Source: Macrostomum lignano
Lineage: Eukaryota
Length of the DNA stretch: 64,000 bases
Direction of reading: 5' to 3'
NCBI GenBank assembly: GCA_002269645.1
Contig: NIVC01002098.1
Location: 90,343 to 154,342, forward strand
Shown piece by piece: positions 1 to 12,240 of the stretch (the stretch's first letter is position 1; every line of letters begins with the position of its first letter). Position numbers and translations under genes: made by a program. The notes beneath the pieces are model-generated. The model was not told the DNA's origin. It saw only the letters and a program-made list of their open reading frames with translations, and searched no databases.

Positions 1-190
1 AATCCTTAAGTCCCGATTTTCAGGTCCCCAAGTCCCGATTTTCAGATCCCCAAGTCCCGATTCACAGATAATCAAGTCTCGATTCCCAAATCCTCAAGTC
101 CCAATTCCCAAATCCTCAAGCCCCAATTCCCAAATCCCGAATCCCCAATTCCCAAATCACCAGGAACAAATTCCCAGATCCCCAAGCCCC
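1..190. repeat. Degenerate ~20-bp C-rich tandem repeat (cccaagtcccgatt...) in the SLC6 intron
   Basis: Repeated cccaa(g/a)tccc(g/a)att units. Confidence 0.75.
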
Positions 191-210
191 GATTCCCCAG
201 CTGCACTTAC

Positions 211-3200
211 CAGTATCCGGACCGCAGGATGCAGGGGAAGCTGAGCGCCAACATGGCGGCACAGGCCAACCCAGCGATGAGCCGGTAGACCCGAGTCTGC
301 CGCTCTTCGACAGTTCGGTGCCGCCGACGCAGCCGGTCGGTAATGCTGTCAGCCGAGGCCACAATCAGCAGGGCCTGGGACAGCAGCAGGCAGATGTAGA
401 GGCCGGCATAGTAGCAGACTGACACGGCGGGGTGGATGGAGAACTTCGACAGCACGTGGGGAATTAGGGTGAACAGCAGTGCAAAGCTGTGAGCCACGTG
501 ACAGCGCAGGTACTCCTTTTCGTAGGCTGGCGGTTAGCGTTTGACCGGATTAAAATTTCTTAAAAAATTATAAAATCATAATGCTTCACTCTTCCCCTTT
601 AGGAATCCACCTGGTCTTAATGCCCCCTTAATCCCTGATCCTCAATCTGGTCGAAATGCTAACCTCAATTCCCGATCCTCAATCTGGATGCTCCCCTCAA
701 TCCCTAATCCTCAATCTGGATGCTCCCCTCAATCCCTAATCCTCAATCTGGATGCTCCCCTCAATCCCTGATCCTTAATCTGGGCCTGATGCTCCCCTCA
801 ATCCCTAATCCTCAATCTGGGCCTGATGCTCCCCTCAATCCCTGATCCTCAATCTGGATGCTCCCCTCAATCCCTAATCCTCAATCTGGATGCTAACCTT
901 CAACCCCTGATCCTCAATCTGGATGCTTCCCTCAACCCCTGATCCTCAATCTGGATGCTCCCCTCAATCCCTGATCCTCAATCTGGATGGTTTCCTCAAT
1001 CCCTGATCCTCAATCTGGATGCTCCCCTCAATCCCTAATCCTCAATCTGGATGCTCCCCTCAATCCCTGATCCTTAATCTGGGCCTGATGCTCCCCTCAA
1101 CCCCTGATCCTCAATCTGGGCCTGATGCTCCCCTCAATCCCTGATCCTCAATCTGGATGGTTTCCTCAATCCCTGATCCTCAATCTGGATGGTTTCCTGA
1201 ATCCCTGATCCTCAATCTGGATGGTTTCCTCAATCCCTGATCCTCAATCTGGATGGTTTCCTCAATCCCTGATCCTCAATCTGGATGCTCCCCTCAATCC
1301 CTGATCCTCAATCTGGATGCTCCCCTCAATCCCTGATCCTCAATCTGGATGCTCCCCTCAATCCCTGATCCTCAATCTGGATGCTCCCCTCAATCCCTGA
1401 TCCTCAATCTGGATGTTCCCCTCAATCTCTGATCCTCAATCTGGATGCTTCCCTCAACCCCTGATCCTCAATCTGGATGCTCCCCTCAATCCCTAATCCT
1501 CAATCTGGATGCTCCCCTCAATCCCTAATCCTCAATCTGGGCCTGATGCTCCCCTCAATCCCTGATCCTCAATCTGGGCCTGATGCTCCCCTCAATCCCT
1601 GATCCTCAATCTGGATGCTCCCCTCAATCCCTGATCCTCAATCTGGGCCTGATGCTCCCCTCAATCCCTGATCCTCAATCTGGATGCTCCCCTCAATCCC
1701 TGATCCTCAATCTGGATGCTCCCCTCAATCCCCGATCCTCAATCTGGATGCTCCTCTCAATCCCTGATCCTCAATCTGGATGGTTTCCTCAATCCCTGAT
1801 CCTCAATCTGGGCCTGATGCTCCCCTCAATCCCTGATCCTCAATCTGGATGCTCCTCTCAATCCCTGATCCTCAATCTGGATGCTCCCCTCAATCCCTAA
1901 TCCTCAATCTGGGCCTGATGCTCCCCTCAACCCCTGATCCTCAATCTGGGCCTGATGCTCCCCTCAACCCCTGATCCTCAATCTGGATGCTTCCCTCAAT
2001 CCCTGATCCTCAATCGGGATGCTCCCCTCAACCCCTGATCCTCAATCTGGATGCTCCCCTCAACCCCTGATCCTCAATCTGGATGCTTCCCTCAATCCCT
2101 GATCCTCAATCTGGATGCTTCCCTCAATCCCTGATCCTCAATCGGGATGCTCCCCTCAATCCCTGATCCTCAATCTGGATGCTCCCCTCAATCCCTGATC
2201 CTCAATCTGGATGCTCCCCTCAATCCCTGATCCTCAATCTGGGCCTGATGCTCCCCTCAACCCCTGATCCTCAATCTGGATGCTTCCCTCAACCCCTGAT
2301 CTTTAATCTAAGCTTAATTTTTTCTCCTAATCATACATTCTAATTTAGAAATTGAATTTTCCCAAACTCATGTGGAAATCGCTTACCCCATGCGTAGCAC
2401 ACTACTGCCAGTAGTGCCGGCAAGTTAACTAGCAGCCCGAACAGCAGCACAATGGGCAGGAATGTCAGGTGCATAGTTTTTCGGCCTCTGCGCACCCAGG
2501 AGCCAACCGACGGCCAGACTCCATGCCACAGGTGCAGCGATGAGGCCAGGTGTACACAGGTGGACAGCAGGCCCCACAATAGCGGCTCGAATCTGTATTG
2601 ATCCCAGTTCAACTTGTCCAATGGGATTGTGGCCGCAAAATTCTGATAAAATCGTTGCCAGATTTTGCCCATCTCCTCCGTGTAGGCCGGCCCGCTGGTG
2701 GCGACAAAGCCGAAGGGCAGCAGCAGGAGGCCCAGCGACAGCGGCGCCAGGCCGTACAGCAGCCAGCCGAAGGCGCGCGGGCCCCACAGTACGGTGAGCA
2801 GGATGACTGTCCAGTTCAGCAGGTGAGGCACAATGTTCAAGCCGTCCAGTTGGAACCAGCGCGGGAACCAGTGGTCCGAGATGTCATCGGAGACGTCCAT
2901 GTTGAAGTACAGGTAAAAACCCTCTTCCGCTGTGGGACCCTGCTGCGTTCTCTGCAGCATCCTGGGTGTCCGAATTGGAGATTTATATGTGGAATGAATC
3001 TGTGCGACAAAACAAACGCGATTCACACTAACACTGGGAACTTTTATTCACTGATTCATTCACTAACACTGGGAACTTTTATTCACTGATTCATTCACTA
3101 ACACTGGGAACTTTCATTCACTGATTCATTCACTAACACTGGGAACTTTCATTCACTGATTCATTCACTAACACTGGGAACTTTCATTCACTGATTCATT

Positions 3201-3953
3201 CACTAACACTGGGAACTTTATTCACTGATTCATTCGCTAACACTGGGAACTTTTATTCACTGGTAAATTCACTAACACTGGGAACTTTATTCACTGATTC
3301 ATTCACTAACACTAGGAGCTGACGTTCACCAACACTAGGAATCTTTCATTCACCAACAGCCTCACAAAAGATACAGCAGCTTCAGCTCACTCTCGGCACT
3401 CGATCTTTCTGTTCCAAGCATCGTGGCAGCTGCCCCACATGAAGGTGGCGCCAACACAGTGCCGACTATCGCACGGGTACACGGAGAAGAATATGTAGGA
3501 CAGGCAGTGGGTCATAATGCTGGACACATAGATTATGCTGAAGATGTTTCTGATTATCATTGCAATGCCAAAACCTGTGAAGACGATGGACAAATTAATT
3601 AATTTTATAGCCTTGCAATATCGACAAATTCAACTACAATAAATCGCTTGATATTTACAGGACTCACCAAAGCTTAACGGAAAAAACTTTTCAAACAAAG
3701 CCAGGATTCCTCTCTGGTATTGGTTTCCCAGTCGGATTTGGACATATAGTATTGGCCAACCTATAAGTAGAATAAACAGAATGAATCCTGTTAGGGCCCA
3801 GCCTGATCCAAAGTAGAAACACTCTTGAATTTTGACAAATGATGTTAGAGACATAGTGCAAAATACAGCCAGTATAAGCTGCACCACTGTCCATTTTGCA
3901 GGGGCATCGACAAACTCATCAGATTCATTTTCCATAAGCATTGCAAGACTCAT
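211..3953 (-). CDS. Divergent SLC6/SNF (neurotransmitter:sodium symporter-like) transporter, 5' part; exons ~3668-3953, 3391-3574, 2387-2961, 211-526; gene continues left of the window
   Basis: GT-AG junctions read in phase (1,2,1). Peptides align to the SLC6 layout: GWPILYVQIRLGNQYQRG (cf. GIPLFFLELALGQ..R.G), GFGIAM..., WGSCHDAWN (EL2 W..C...WN), TAEEGFY, then further TM helices. Confidence 0.7.
629..2305. repeat. Intronic minisatellite, 32-bp unit ctcaatctggatgctcccctcaatccctgatc (37-bp variant with gcctg)
   Basis: About 50 directly visible copies. Confidence 0.95.
3026..3352. repeat. Intronic minisatellite, 35-bp unit cactaacactgggaactttYattcactgattcatt
   Basis: Period 35 (3061 to 3096). 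Confidence 0.95.
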
Positions 3954-5377
3954 GAATACAAAACAGATCAAAACTTTGCTTAGACAAGAAAATTAAAGAA
4001 ATTTAATTTTTTTAGAAAAATTTAAAGAAATTTAATTTCAAAGAAATTTAAACTTCAAAGCTAATGCAAGAGTATATAGCATGGATGCTATTTCTAGACA
4101 TAAAACAAAGTAGATCTATGAAGTTTCATAGACAAATTCATTAAAAGGAGATGAGCTAGTTGGCCTCTAATAAAAATATTAAATTATACTATACTATATA
4201 CATTGCATATTAAATATATCTCCTTCAAGGAATCAAGGTAAGATATTCATCAAACAGCTAGTTTTTTATTTAGCTCGCACACCAAAATTTCAATAAGTGA
4301 TAATGCGTTTAGTGGCTTAATCTACTGGATATAATAAAAGAGATGTGATTATTTAGTTTTCATCCTACAAAGTGGATATGACAATTTTATAAGTAAATAT
4401 ACTCGTACATTCATAATTATTATTAACGAGGTCAACAAAAAATTACGATTAAAAAGTTTAGATGATATATGTTGATCTCGATTCTCGAGACGCACTAACG
4501 CTCTGCAGCAGAATTTATGTTAGCGCACTATTAATTTTTCACTTACTAATAAGGAAGCCGGCAAAATTTCCACGAATGTATCGTGGAAATGGCTCAGATT
4601 TAAAAAGTTACATTTGTACTCATTTAAATAAATACGATAAACAGATAGTAAAATACGTTTTTAGGTAACGTTCTGTAACTGAAATAAATTTAATTTAAAG
4701 TGCATTTTTTATTTGAAGTATGTAAGAAAGACAATTATTTATGTATCTATTACTTATGTTTTCTCCGAAATGTGATTCCTTGAAAATCAAGGGATTTTGG
4801 TTAGGCCGTTAGGGTAGCGGGAGGCCTGGAAAACCTCGATTTTTACCTTTTAATCATAGACTTGGCTTTTATCTTATTTTAAAAAAAATAAAAAATAAGA
4901 TTTATTTCCTAACGACAATGTACTTCAGTTTCAACCTTTCTTCTTGCAGCTAAGCTAACATTAAAAATTAGGCCTTGTCTAGTTGGTCTAGTTGCGGTTA
5001 ATCTTTATGCTGTAAATTAATTATGGACAAATGGACAAATAATAATTAACAAATAATAGTTAATAAAAAGTTTATAGTCATCATGATAAAGTGATTCAAG
5101 TCATTAGATGGGGATTTAATGTTTTTATTTAGTTTTCCTGAATTTTAGTGAGAATTCTAATTAATATTTAAATACTTGAATTTAACACATTAATATATGT
5201 TTGACATTGTCATGGGATAGCACTACCTGCAGGCTGAATTATAGCCTTTAGTCAATATAGGTCCTGCCTAAGCCTAAAATTCTAGATCCTAGACCAGAGT
5301 CAAAATTAAAGGCAACAAGCAAAGTAAAAGACTAAAAATGCAATACTAAAACAACTACACATAAATGTTAGTAGGCA

Positions 5378-5481
5378 ATCCTGAAGATTCCTGCGTTTAA
5401 TTATTTTATGGAATTATTTTGCCCTCTATTCAAGGGTGGTGGGGGGTGGGGGTTATAATTAAACGCGGGAATCTTCAGGAT
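5378..5481. repeat. Short inverted repeat (27-bp arms, 1 mismatch), MITE-like remnant
   Basis: atcctgaagattcctgcgtttaattat ... ataattaaacgcgggaatcttcaggat. Confidence 0.7.
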
Positions 5482-5999
5482 AACTGGTTAGTATTGGATT
5501 ATACTTTCAAAATAACTAGCCTTGGCTTAGCCTATCTAGCTAATCAGATGAGTTGAAAAGGTTATTAACATTAAAGTTTGAGATTCAAAATAAATTTCCA
5601 AATATACACTAGGATAAAAAGACAAAAAAAGAGAGAGACAAGATAGGAAAAGGAATAAAAAAGGAAATATATAGAAAAAACAAAAGGTAATATATATATA
5701 TCTAATATTATATAGTCTAGGCCTTAGGCCCCTGCCCTAGTTAGAGTGGTTTACTGGTTTTATAATGTATTCTAAATTTTATAATCACTAAAAGAATTAT
5801 ATAGAATGTTTAACTTTGACTATAATAAGGGCCTATGAATTATTATCTTAATAACAGTTAATCTAAGCCTATATATTTTTGTGATAGCTAAATTTTTTAT
5901 GTAAGAGTTACTTCTGTCTTTATAAATAATCTCACAATGTCACCAAACCAAAGTTGTGATAAGGGTGAGCTTCCCTCTATTGATTAATATACTTTGTCT

Positions 6000-6450
6000 C
6001 AATGTACTTATACTTATTGGTAGTGTGCCTACTTCTTTATTGGTAGCGTCTACTTATCTTATTGGTAGCATCTGTACATGTACTATACTCTTTGGCCTGA
6101 GTAGTCTAATGGCACTGTCTACTCTACTCCTATAAGTTTTCTCTCAGTCCTGGGCATTCCCTGGATCAGAGGGTCATAGCTTTATGCATTTTCCCTGCCC
6201 TAAGGCACTTTTCCCACCCGGAGGCGATCTTACTACTCTATATTGCTTTCCTGCCCTAAGGCGATTCTTGCTTTTAGCAGTTTTTGATTCTCCTAATAAG
6301 GGGCTTAATACTATAGAAATGAATAAGCCTCTCTGAACATTAGCAAATTTAATGAGAATGATTGTATTATCTTTGCTTAGGCAAGTTTATTAGCTCGCTA
6401 ATGAGTCAAGAAAAATTGCTTTCCTGGCCTGTTCTAGCCTTCTATTTATA
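6000..6450. repeat. Decayed dispersed repeat, homologous to 63515-63960
   Basis: Shared colinear blocks: tggtagcgtctacttatc, cagtcctgg(g)cattcc, ggatcagagggtcaYagctttatg, gccctRaggc, ttcttgcttttag, ttcctggcc, cttctatttata. Confidence 0.8.
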
Positions 6451-7776
6451 TTACATTTTCAAAGCAAGTTTAAACAAAGTGGAATATTTTCGAAAATAAC
6501 AACAGTTAAACAAAATTTGCATAAAGTTGAATGTGCGAGTTTCTAAAAAAAGTGTGGCAAAATGAAAAGTATTAATTGTGCATAAAAAGACTATTATTTC
6601 TTTACTTAACATAGGCACTACCTCATTTTATAAATTTAAAATAGGTGAGCCTAATTGGGCCTAGTAAGTTTAAAATAAATAAGTTGTAAAGTTTTTATCT
6701 TTTTTATACTTATCTCCATAAATATTGAAATTAAGTTAAGCTAAATTAAATAGATTTATGAAAATAAATAAATTTGCTATTAAGAAGTTTTGCCTTTGTG
6801 TTTATAAGTTTTTCTGTTTATGAAATTTTGTTTTTAGAAAATAAATATTTATAGTAGTTACAAAATGCTTCATTAAAAAAACAACCTATATATTTTAGAA
6901 TATATCTTATATCTAGAAATCATCTATGATCTATAAAACATTTTTATTATATTCTTTTTTATCTTTTATAATTTTTTTTGTATCTTTATTTATTAATCAT
7001 AAATTAAGGGCTTCAATAGAAATGACTATTTAAATTATAATATAAAATTAAAAAAATAATAATAATAGGCTAGCCCTAGTTATGTTTATTTGACTTTAGA
7101 TTCTTTATTTATCCTCTATTTATGACTCTAAACCATGCTATTAATTTTTTCTTTTATTCCTGGTATCATTTTATAATAATAGTTACAAATATATCTTTTT
7201 TATTGGCTTAAGGCTAGGATATCCAAAGTATTAATTGTGCATATAAGAATAAAAGTCTAAAGGCCATAATAATTTATCATATAAAAAAGACTAATGAAGA
7301 ACAAGCCCAATAATAAGCATTTGAAAAAAGGTTTTGGACACTCCAATGCAATACCTTTGGTAGCATTGTCTTATAATTAGCATTGATTATTTATTCATAC
7401 TGACAAACCATTTTTAGTATGTAGGATATGATTGTTCTGTTTACTACTGAGAATGTTCAAGTGCATACAAACATTAAGCCCCAAATTAATGTTGCCATAC
7501 ATGAAATCAAAGCAGGGGTTATAGTGCCATTGAGTTATTTTGACTACTTAAATAGAGCAAGAAAGGCTAAGCCTTAGTAGCAAAAGGAGGCTTAGATAAA
7601 GGGTGGATAAAAACAAAAAATATAATTTATTAACTAGTCTGCACCAAGCTTAGCACTAAACATCTTTGCAGCTTTTCAAAAATAAGAGAATTTGCAATTG
7701 ATTTTTCTTGACTTGCTGTTAGCTAAGTATTTTCTGCCATCACTAATATGCTTTGCAGTCAATAGCAGTTAGCAGC

Positions 7777-10281
7777 ATGTTGGGCAAGGCGGCTTTGCTG
7801 CTCAAACAGCAGCAGCCTACGCTGTTGCAGTCCTCCGCCCTGCCTCAGATGCCGCAGCCAGCTGGCATCGGTGTGTCGGCCCCACTCCGCGGCAGCCAGT
7901 CCTTTCTGCTGCCGCAGCCGGCCGGCGGCCCATCGCCGCCATCGACGCCGCCCACGCGTCCGGCGAGCAGCTCCTGCTGGTGCCAACTCAGCTGCCGCTT
8001 GGCGCCCGCGTCGCCTCTGTGCCAGCCGACCTTGTTGCCAGGATGATTGGCTCCGACCAGAAGCGTATCTCGGTTATCGTTATGCCAACCGGACACCTCA
8101 TGCTGGCCGACGCCATGGCGCTGCCGGCCGGGCTGACTGGCGATGCTGACTGCGCGGCCAACGCAGCCGCTGTGGCCGCCGCCGCCGCGGCCGTGGCCAG
8201 CCGAGCCGGCCCACCAGCGCCCAGCGAGTCCATCAACCTGGTCCGCAGCAGCGATCAGCAGCCGATCTCTTTAGTGAAAACTGAAGCCGAGTTGCCAGCT
8301 AGCACCGGCAGTCACGATGAAGATTGCGACGAAGGCGAGCTGTCGCTGGAGGAGCTGAGCCGCCGGCCGGACCTGCATCGCAGCGTTGTAGACGGCGTCG
8401 ATCTAAACGAGATTGGCCAATTTGCGCGCGAATTCAAACTGCGCCGGCTGCGGCTGGGCCTGACGCAGACTCAGATTGGCGCCGCACTGTCTGCCGCCAG
8501 GGGACCCGCCTACAGTCAGAGCGCAATATCCCGCTTTGAGAAGCTGGATGTGACGCCCCGCTCTGCTGCCCGCATCAAGCAGGCCCTGCAGGCCTGGCTC
8601 GTCGAGGCTGAGGAATCCGCCGCCCTGTTGCCGCCAGATGAAGTCGCTGACGGCTCTGTCGATGCCACGGCCGCCGCTTCCTTGATAGGTGACGACGACG
8701 AAATGAAAGAGGCCGACCGGACCGCCGCAACTGAATCGACAGACGCCGGGAGCATCGATGAAGATCCGGCGCCAGCTGCTGATCCAGCCGAGCAGCCGCC
8801 GCCGCCACCAGTCCAGGCGTCCGGCGACTGTGGAAGCGACGGCGCTGCCTGCGTCGGCTCCGGCAAGCGGCCTCGGAAGCGTCGAACTTCGTTCACACCG
8901 GAGGCTCTGGAGGCGCTGAACAGCTACTTCGAATTGAATCGGCACCCGAGCGGCGCCGAGGTCACCCAGCTGGCGCGGGCTCTGCGCTACAGCCGCGAGG
9001 TCATCCGGGTCTGGTTTTGCAACCGGCGCCAGGCTCTGCGCGCCAACACCGTCAAGCGGCTGCGGCCACCCGTCGCCGTTACCAGCTCCGCCGCCGCTGC
9101 TGCTGCTGTTGCCGCTGCCGCTGCTGCCGCGGTGGCAGCGTCTTCGTCGGCTTCGTCCGTGTCGTGCACCGCCGCTGCGTCGGCTGCTGGTCCGACATCG
9201 TCGCCTTCACCGTCAGATTCGCCGGTGAACCTTTGCCAGCACCAGGCACCCGCGGCAGCGCTGGCAGCCTTAGCTGTGAGTTGGCGAGCCCGTGGGTGGT
9301 TTTCCGGGCTCAAATTGAGTAGTTGGGGTTCGAATTCATATCCGTCAAGAGCCCAATGCCCAAGGCAAAATATTAAGTGTCCCACTCATGCCCTTCTAGC
9401 CAAAAACATTAGCACGTGTGCTTTACGAGAATAAGTAGATATGTCAATTGCGAAAATGCGCTAGTCTACTTTTGCAGTAGCAAGATTAGTGTTTTAGCTT
9501 AGTTTTGAAAGCTGCAACAATCGCCTCTGGCTTTCCACCCATTTCTACTCCAGACTGTCTCAGACACGAAATTTTCTGAGAATGATAAAAAAATATTTTT
9601 AGAGTCCAATTTTAATCGACTAGAGATTGTAGGAAAACTTCAAAAACCCAAATCCAGTGCGTGTGCATAGCGAGCAAGAAAGAAAAAGGGTGGCGCCCCA
9701 GGCCCCAGTCAGGCCGATAAACATTTAGACTCTCTCCTGTGCTCTCATTGGCTGAGGTACTCGTAGATTGGGCCTTGCTTCTTCGCAGAGTTTCGTCCGT
9801 CTAAATTTGACCTCTCTCCTTACTGCTCTCTCATTGGCTGAGCTAGATTGGGCCTGCCCCCTAGGCCCTAGGCTGAGTTTCTTCCATCTGAATGACCTCT
9901 CTCCTTACTGCTCTCTCATTGGCTGAGCTAGATTGGGCCCGCCCCTAGGCTGAGTTTCTTCCATCTGAATGACCTCTCTCCTTACTGCTCTCTCATTGGC
10001 TGAGCTAGATTGGGCCCGCCCCTAGGCTGAGTTTCGTCCATCTGACTGAACTCTCCTTACTGCTCTCTCATTGGCTGGGCTAGATTGGGCCTGCCCTAGG
10101 CTCGTTACTGGTTCTTAACCCCATTTGCTCCCTAGTTGAAAGAAAAGAATACTCGTAGAACAATAAAATCTAAAAAAACCGCCCGTGCAATCATTCCCCG
10201 CAGGTTCCCCAATCTTCGTCACCAGCCTCCGTGTCGAGCACGCCGACAACCCCGCCTCTGCGGATGGCGAATATTGTTTAA
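7777..10281 (+). CDS. POU6: POU class VI homeobox transcription factor (POU6F/pdm3-like); exon 7777-9275 with an apparent 1-bp frameshift near 7929, terminal exon 10204-10281
   Basis: POU-specific domain DGVDLNEIGQFAREFKLRRLRLGLTQTQIG...GPAYSQSAISRFEKLDVTP and homeodomain RKRRTSFTPEALEALNSYFE...REVIRVWFCNRRQ match the class VI pattern. Donor gct|gtgagt at 9276 and acceptor ccccgcag|gtt at 10203 are both phase 0, giving VPQSSSPASVSSTPTTPPLRMANIV*. Confidence 0.9.
9727..10100. repeat. 77-bp tandem repeat (~5 copies) in the POU6 intron, two ATTGG (CCAAT) motifs per unit
   Basis: Period 77 (9894 to 9971). Confidence 0.9.
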
Positions 10282-12240
10282 TTAATCAATTTTCAAAAAG
10301 CTAGTAGTAACACCTTCAGTCTGTCTTCTCCCAAGCAGTTTTTATATGCAGAGTCTGTTTTGCTTTTTCAGTGTTTGTTGGCCTTATGTGTGTGTCTATG
10401 CTATCATGAGCTTATATTCATATTTATATTGAACAATTTCAATAGTTCTTTTTCCTTAGGTTTTTGTGTAGAATGTTTTTCTATACGAAAACTTCAATGC
10501 AACCGAAGCGGTTTTTATTGGCGGCCTTAAGAACGCTTGCCGTTGATTAAGTAGTATCCTGTGTGTAGTATCACATTAAGTAGTAGCACATTTTTAGCTT
10601 GATTTGTTACCCGGTCTGGTCCAGGCCTGTGTATAGCTTAGCTGAATCAGGCTTGGCTTTAGTAAATTTCGCATGGTGTTTGGCCTTAGCTCTTCCCTTT
10701 CTCACTTTACTGTTTGCCTATCTGGTTTCTGTTTGACCAAACAATCGTCTCTGTCGCAACACAAATCGCTTTTTGTCTTGTGTTTGTTTGTATTTTTGTT
10801 TTCTTATTGTCTTCTTTTATTGCCGATAAGGCTGCCATGACAAAGAAGGGCACTGTGTACTTTGCGGGAAGCTCTCGCTGCTCCCTCCACGTCACACGTA
10901 TTGATCAAATTGTCACAGCTTTTTAATCTATAGAAACAGTTTTCCAGATTTTTCTGACAATCCGTGCTTTTTGTTGTGTCCATTTGCGTGCGCTGAGAGC
11001 TGGGCAGAGGAGCTTTATTTAAACTGGCTTTTTGTAGTCCATGACTGATTTGACAGCCACGCTTCTTTTGGTTACTGATTACTATGCGCTTCTCAGCCTG
11101 AATGTCTATTTCTGATTTATTAGGTGTCAGATTGTACTCTGCGTCGCTTGATAAAGTCTACAGTAGCCCAGCGACCATCAGCTTTCTATCGTTTCACTCA
11201 TTTTTTTCTATTTGGTCGAATTCTTGTTGCAGCATTTCTGCTATTATATTGCTACTGATCTGCTTTTTTGTTCTCTCGCTCTCGATTCTGTTAGCAACAG
11301 ATACCATTGAACTAGCTGATTGCACCTTTAGTACTGCGTGCCTACAGGTGACAAAATTAACATTATTCTTAATTATATATTATTACTTACTAACATTATT
11401 AACACAGCAATACGATTTGTTATAAATAAAGGTCAGTCCAACCCTTGTACAGCTTCCGCGTCGGTTCGTGCGCATCTGTTAATTTAGATTATTGCTTAAC
11501 TGCATCATATGCTTCTTTATTGTACTAACTGTAGACTCAAAGCATCCCGAGGAGCTCACTGAGGCTGTTTCCGGCTGAAAAATAGGTACTCGAAAAAATA
11601 ATATCAAAATCCTTACTTATTTACTACTGTTAGTAGCATGAATATTGTTAGAATCCAACATAGGCTTTTATTATTCACAGCCAGGGTGAAGCATACATGG
11701 CCTGTTTAATCGATAATTGTGTAATTGCTGAATTTTGATGTTTCACTGATCACAGCCTGACTGTTTATCGAGTAAAAGAATGGCCGCCAAAACAATACTA
11801 AAATATAAAATTACACTATTAAATAATAGTCTAAGAGATTAGGACAAAGTACATGAATAGTTTTCTTTTCGGACTGAGAATCGCTAATAACCGAGGCTGA
11901 TTAGAATCTGAGATGGGGAACACAATTCGCAGTTTATTGTGATATATAGAAAAACAAAAAGCAACAAATAATTAAATTTGGCAATCCAGATCAATCAGCC
12001 TTGCCTTATAGATATAATAGCTAGCGGGAACAAATGCAATAAATAGCGGATAATTTGGAGCAGTTTTGGATTCGGAATATCAATAATTTATTTTACAATC
12101 AGACAGCAAATTTATTAATTACATCGAAAACGCCGAAAATACTACTGACTGAACGCTTGAGAGTAGCCTACGAGTATATAGCTTGAGTATAAAATTTAAA
12201 TAATAATAAAAAATCGTTGCAAGACATGACTACAAGTTAA

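Noticed and set aside
4000-7740. Possible coding or pseudogene content in the AT-rich block between SLC6 and POU6
   Set aside because: No recognisable protein motif could be read by eye; treated as heavily decayed repeat DNA.
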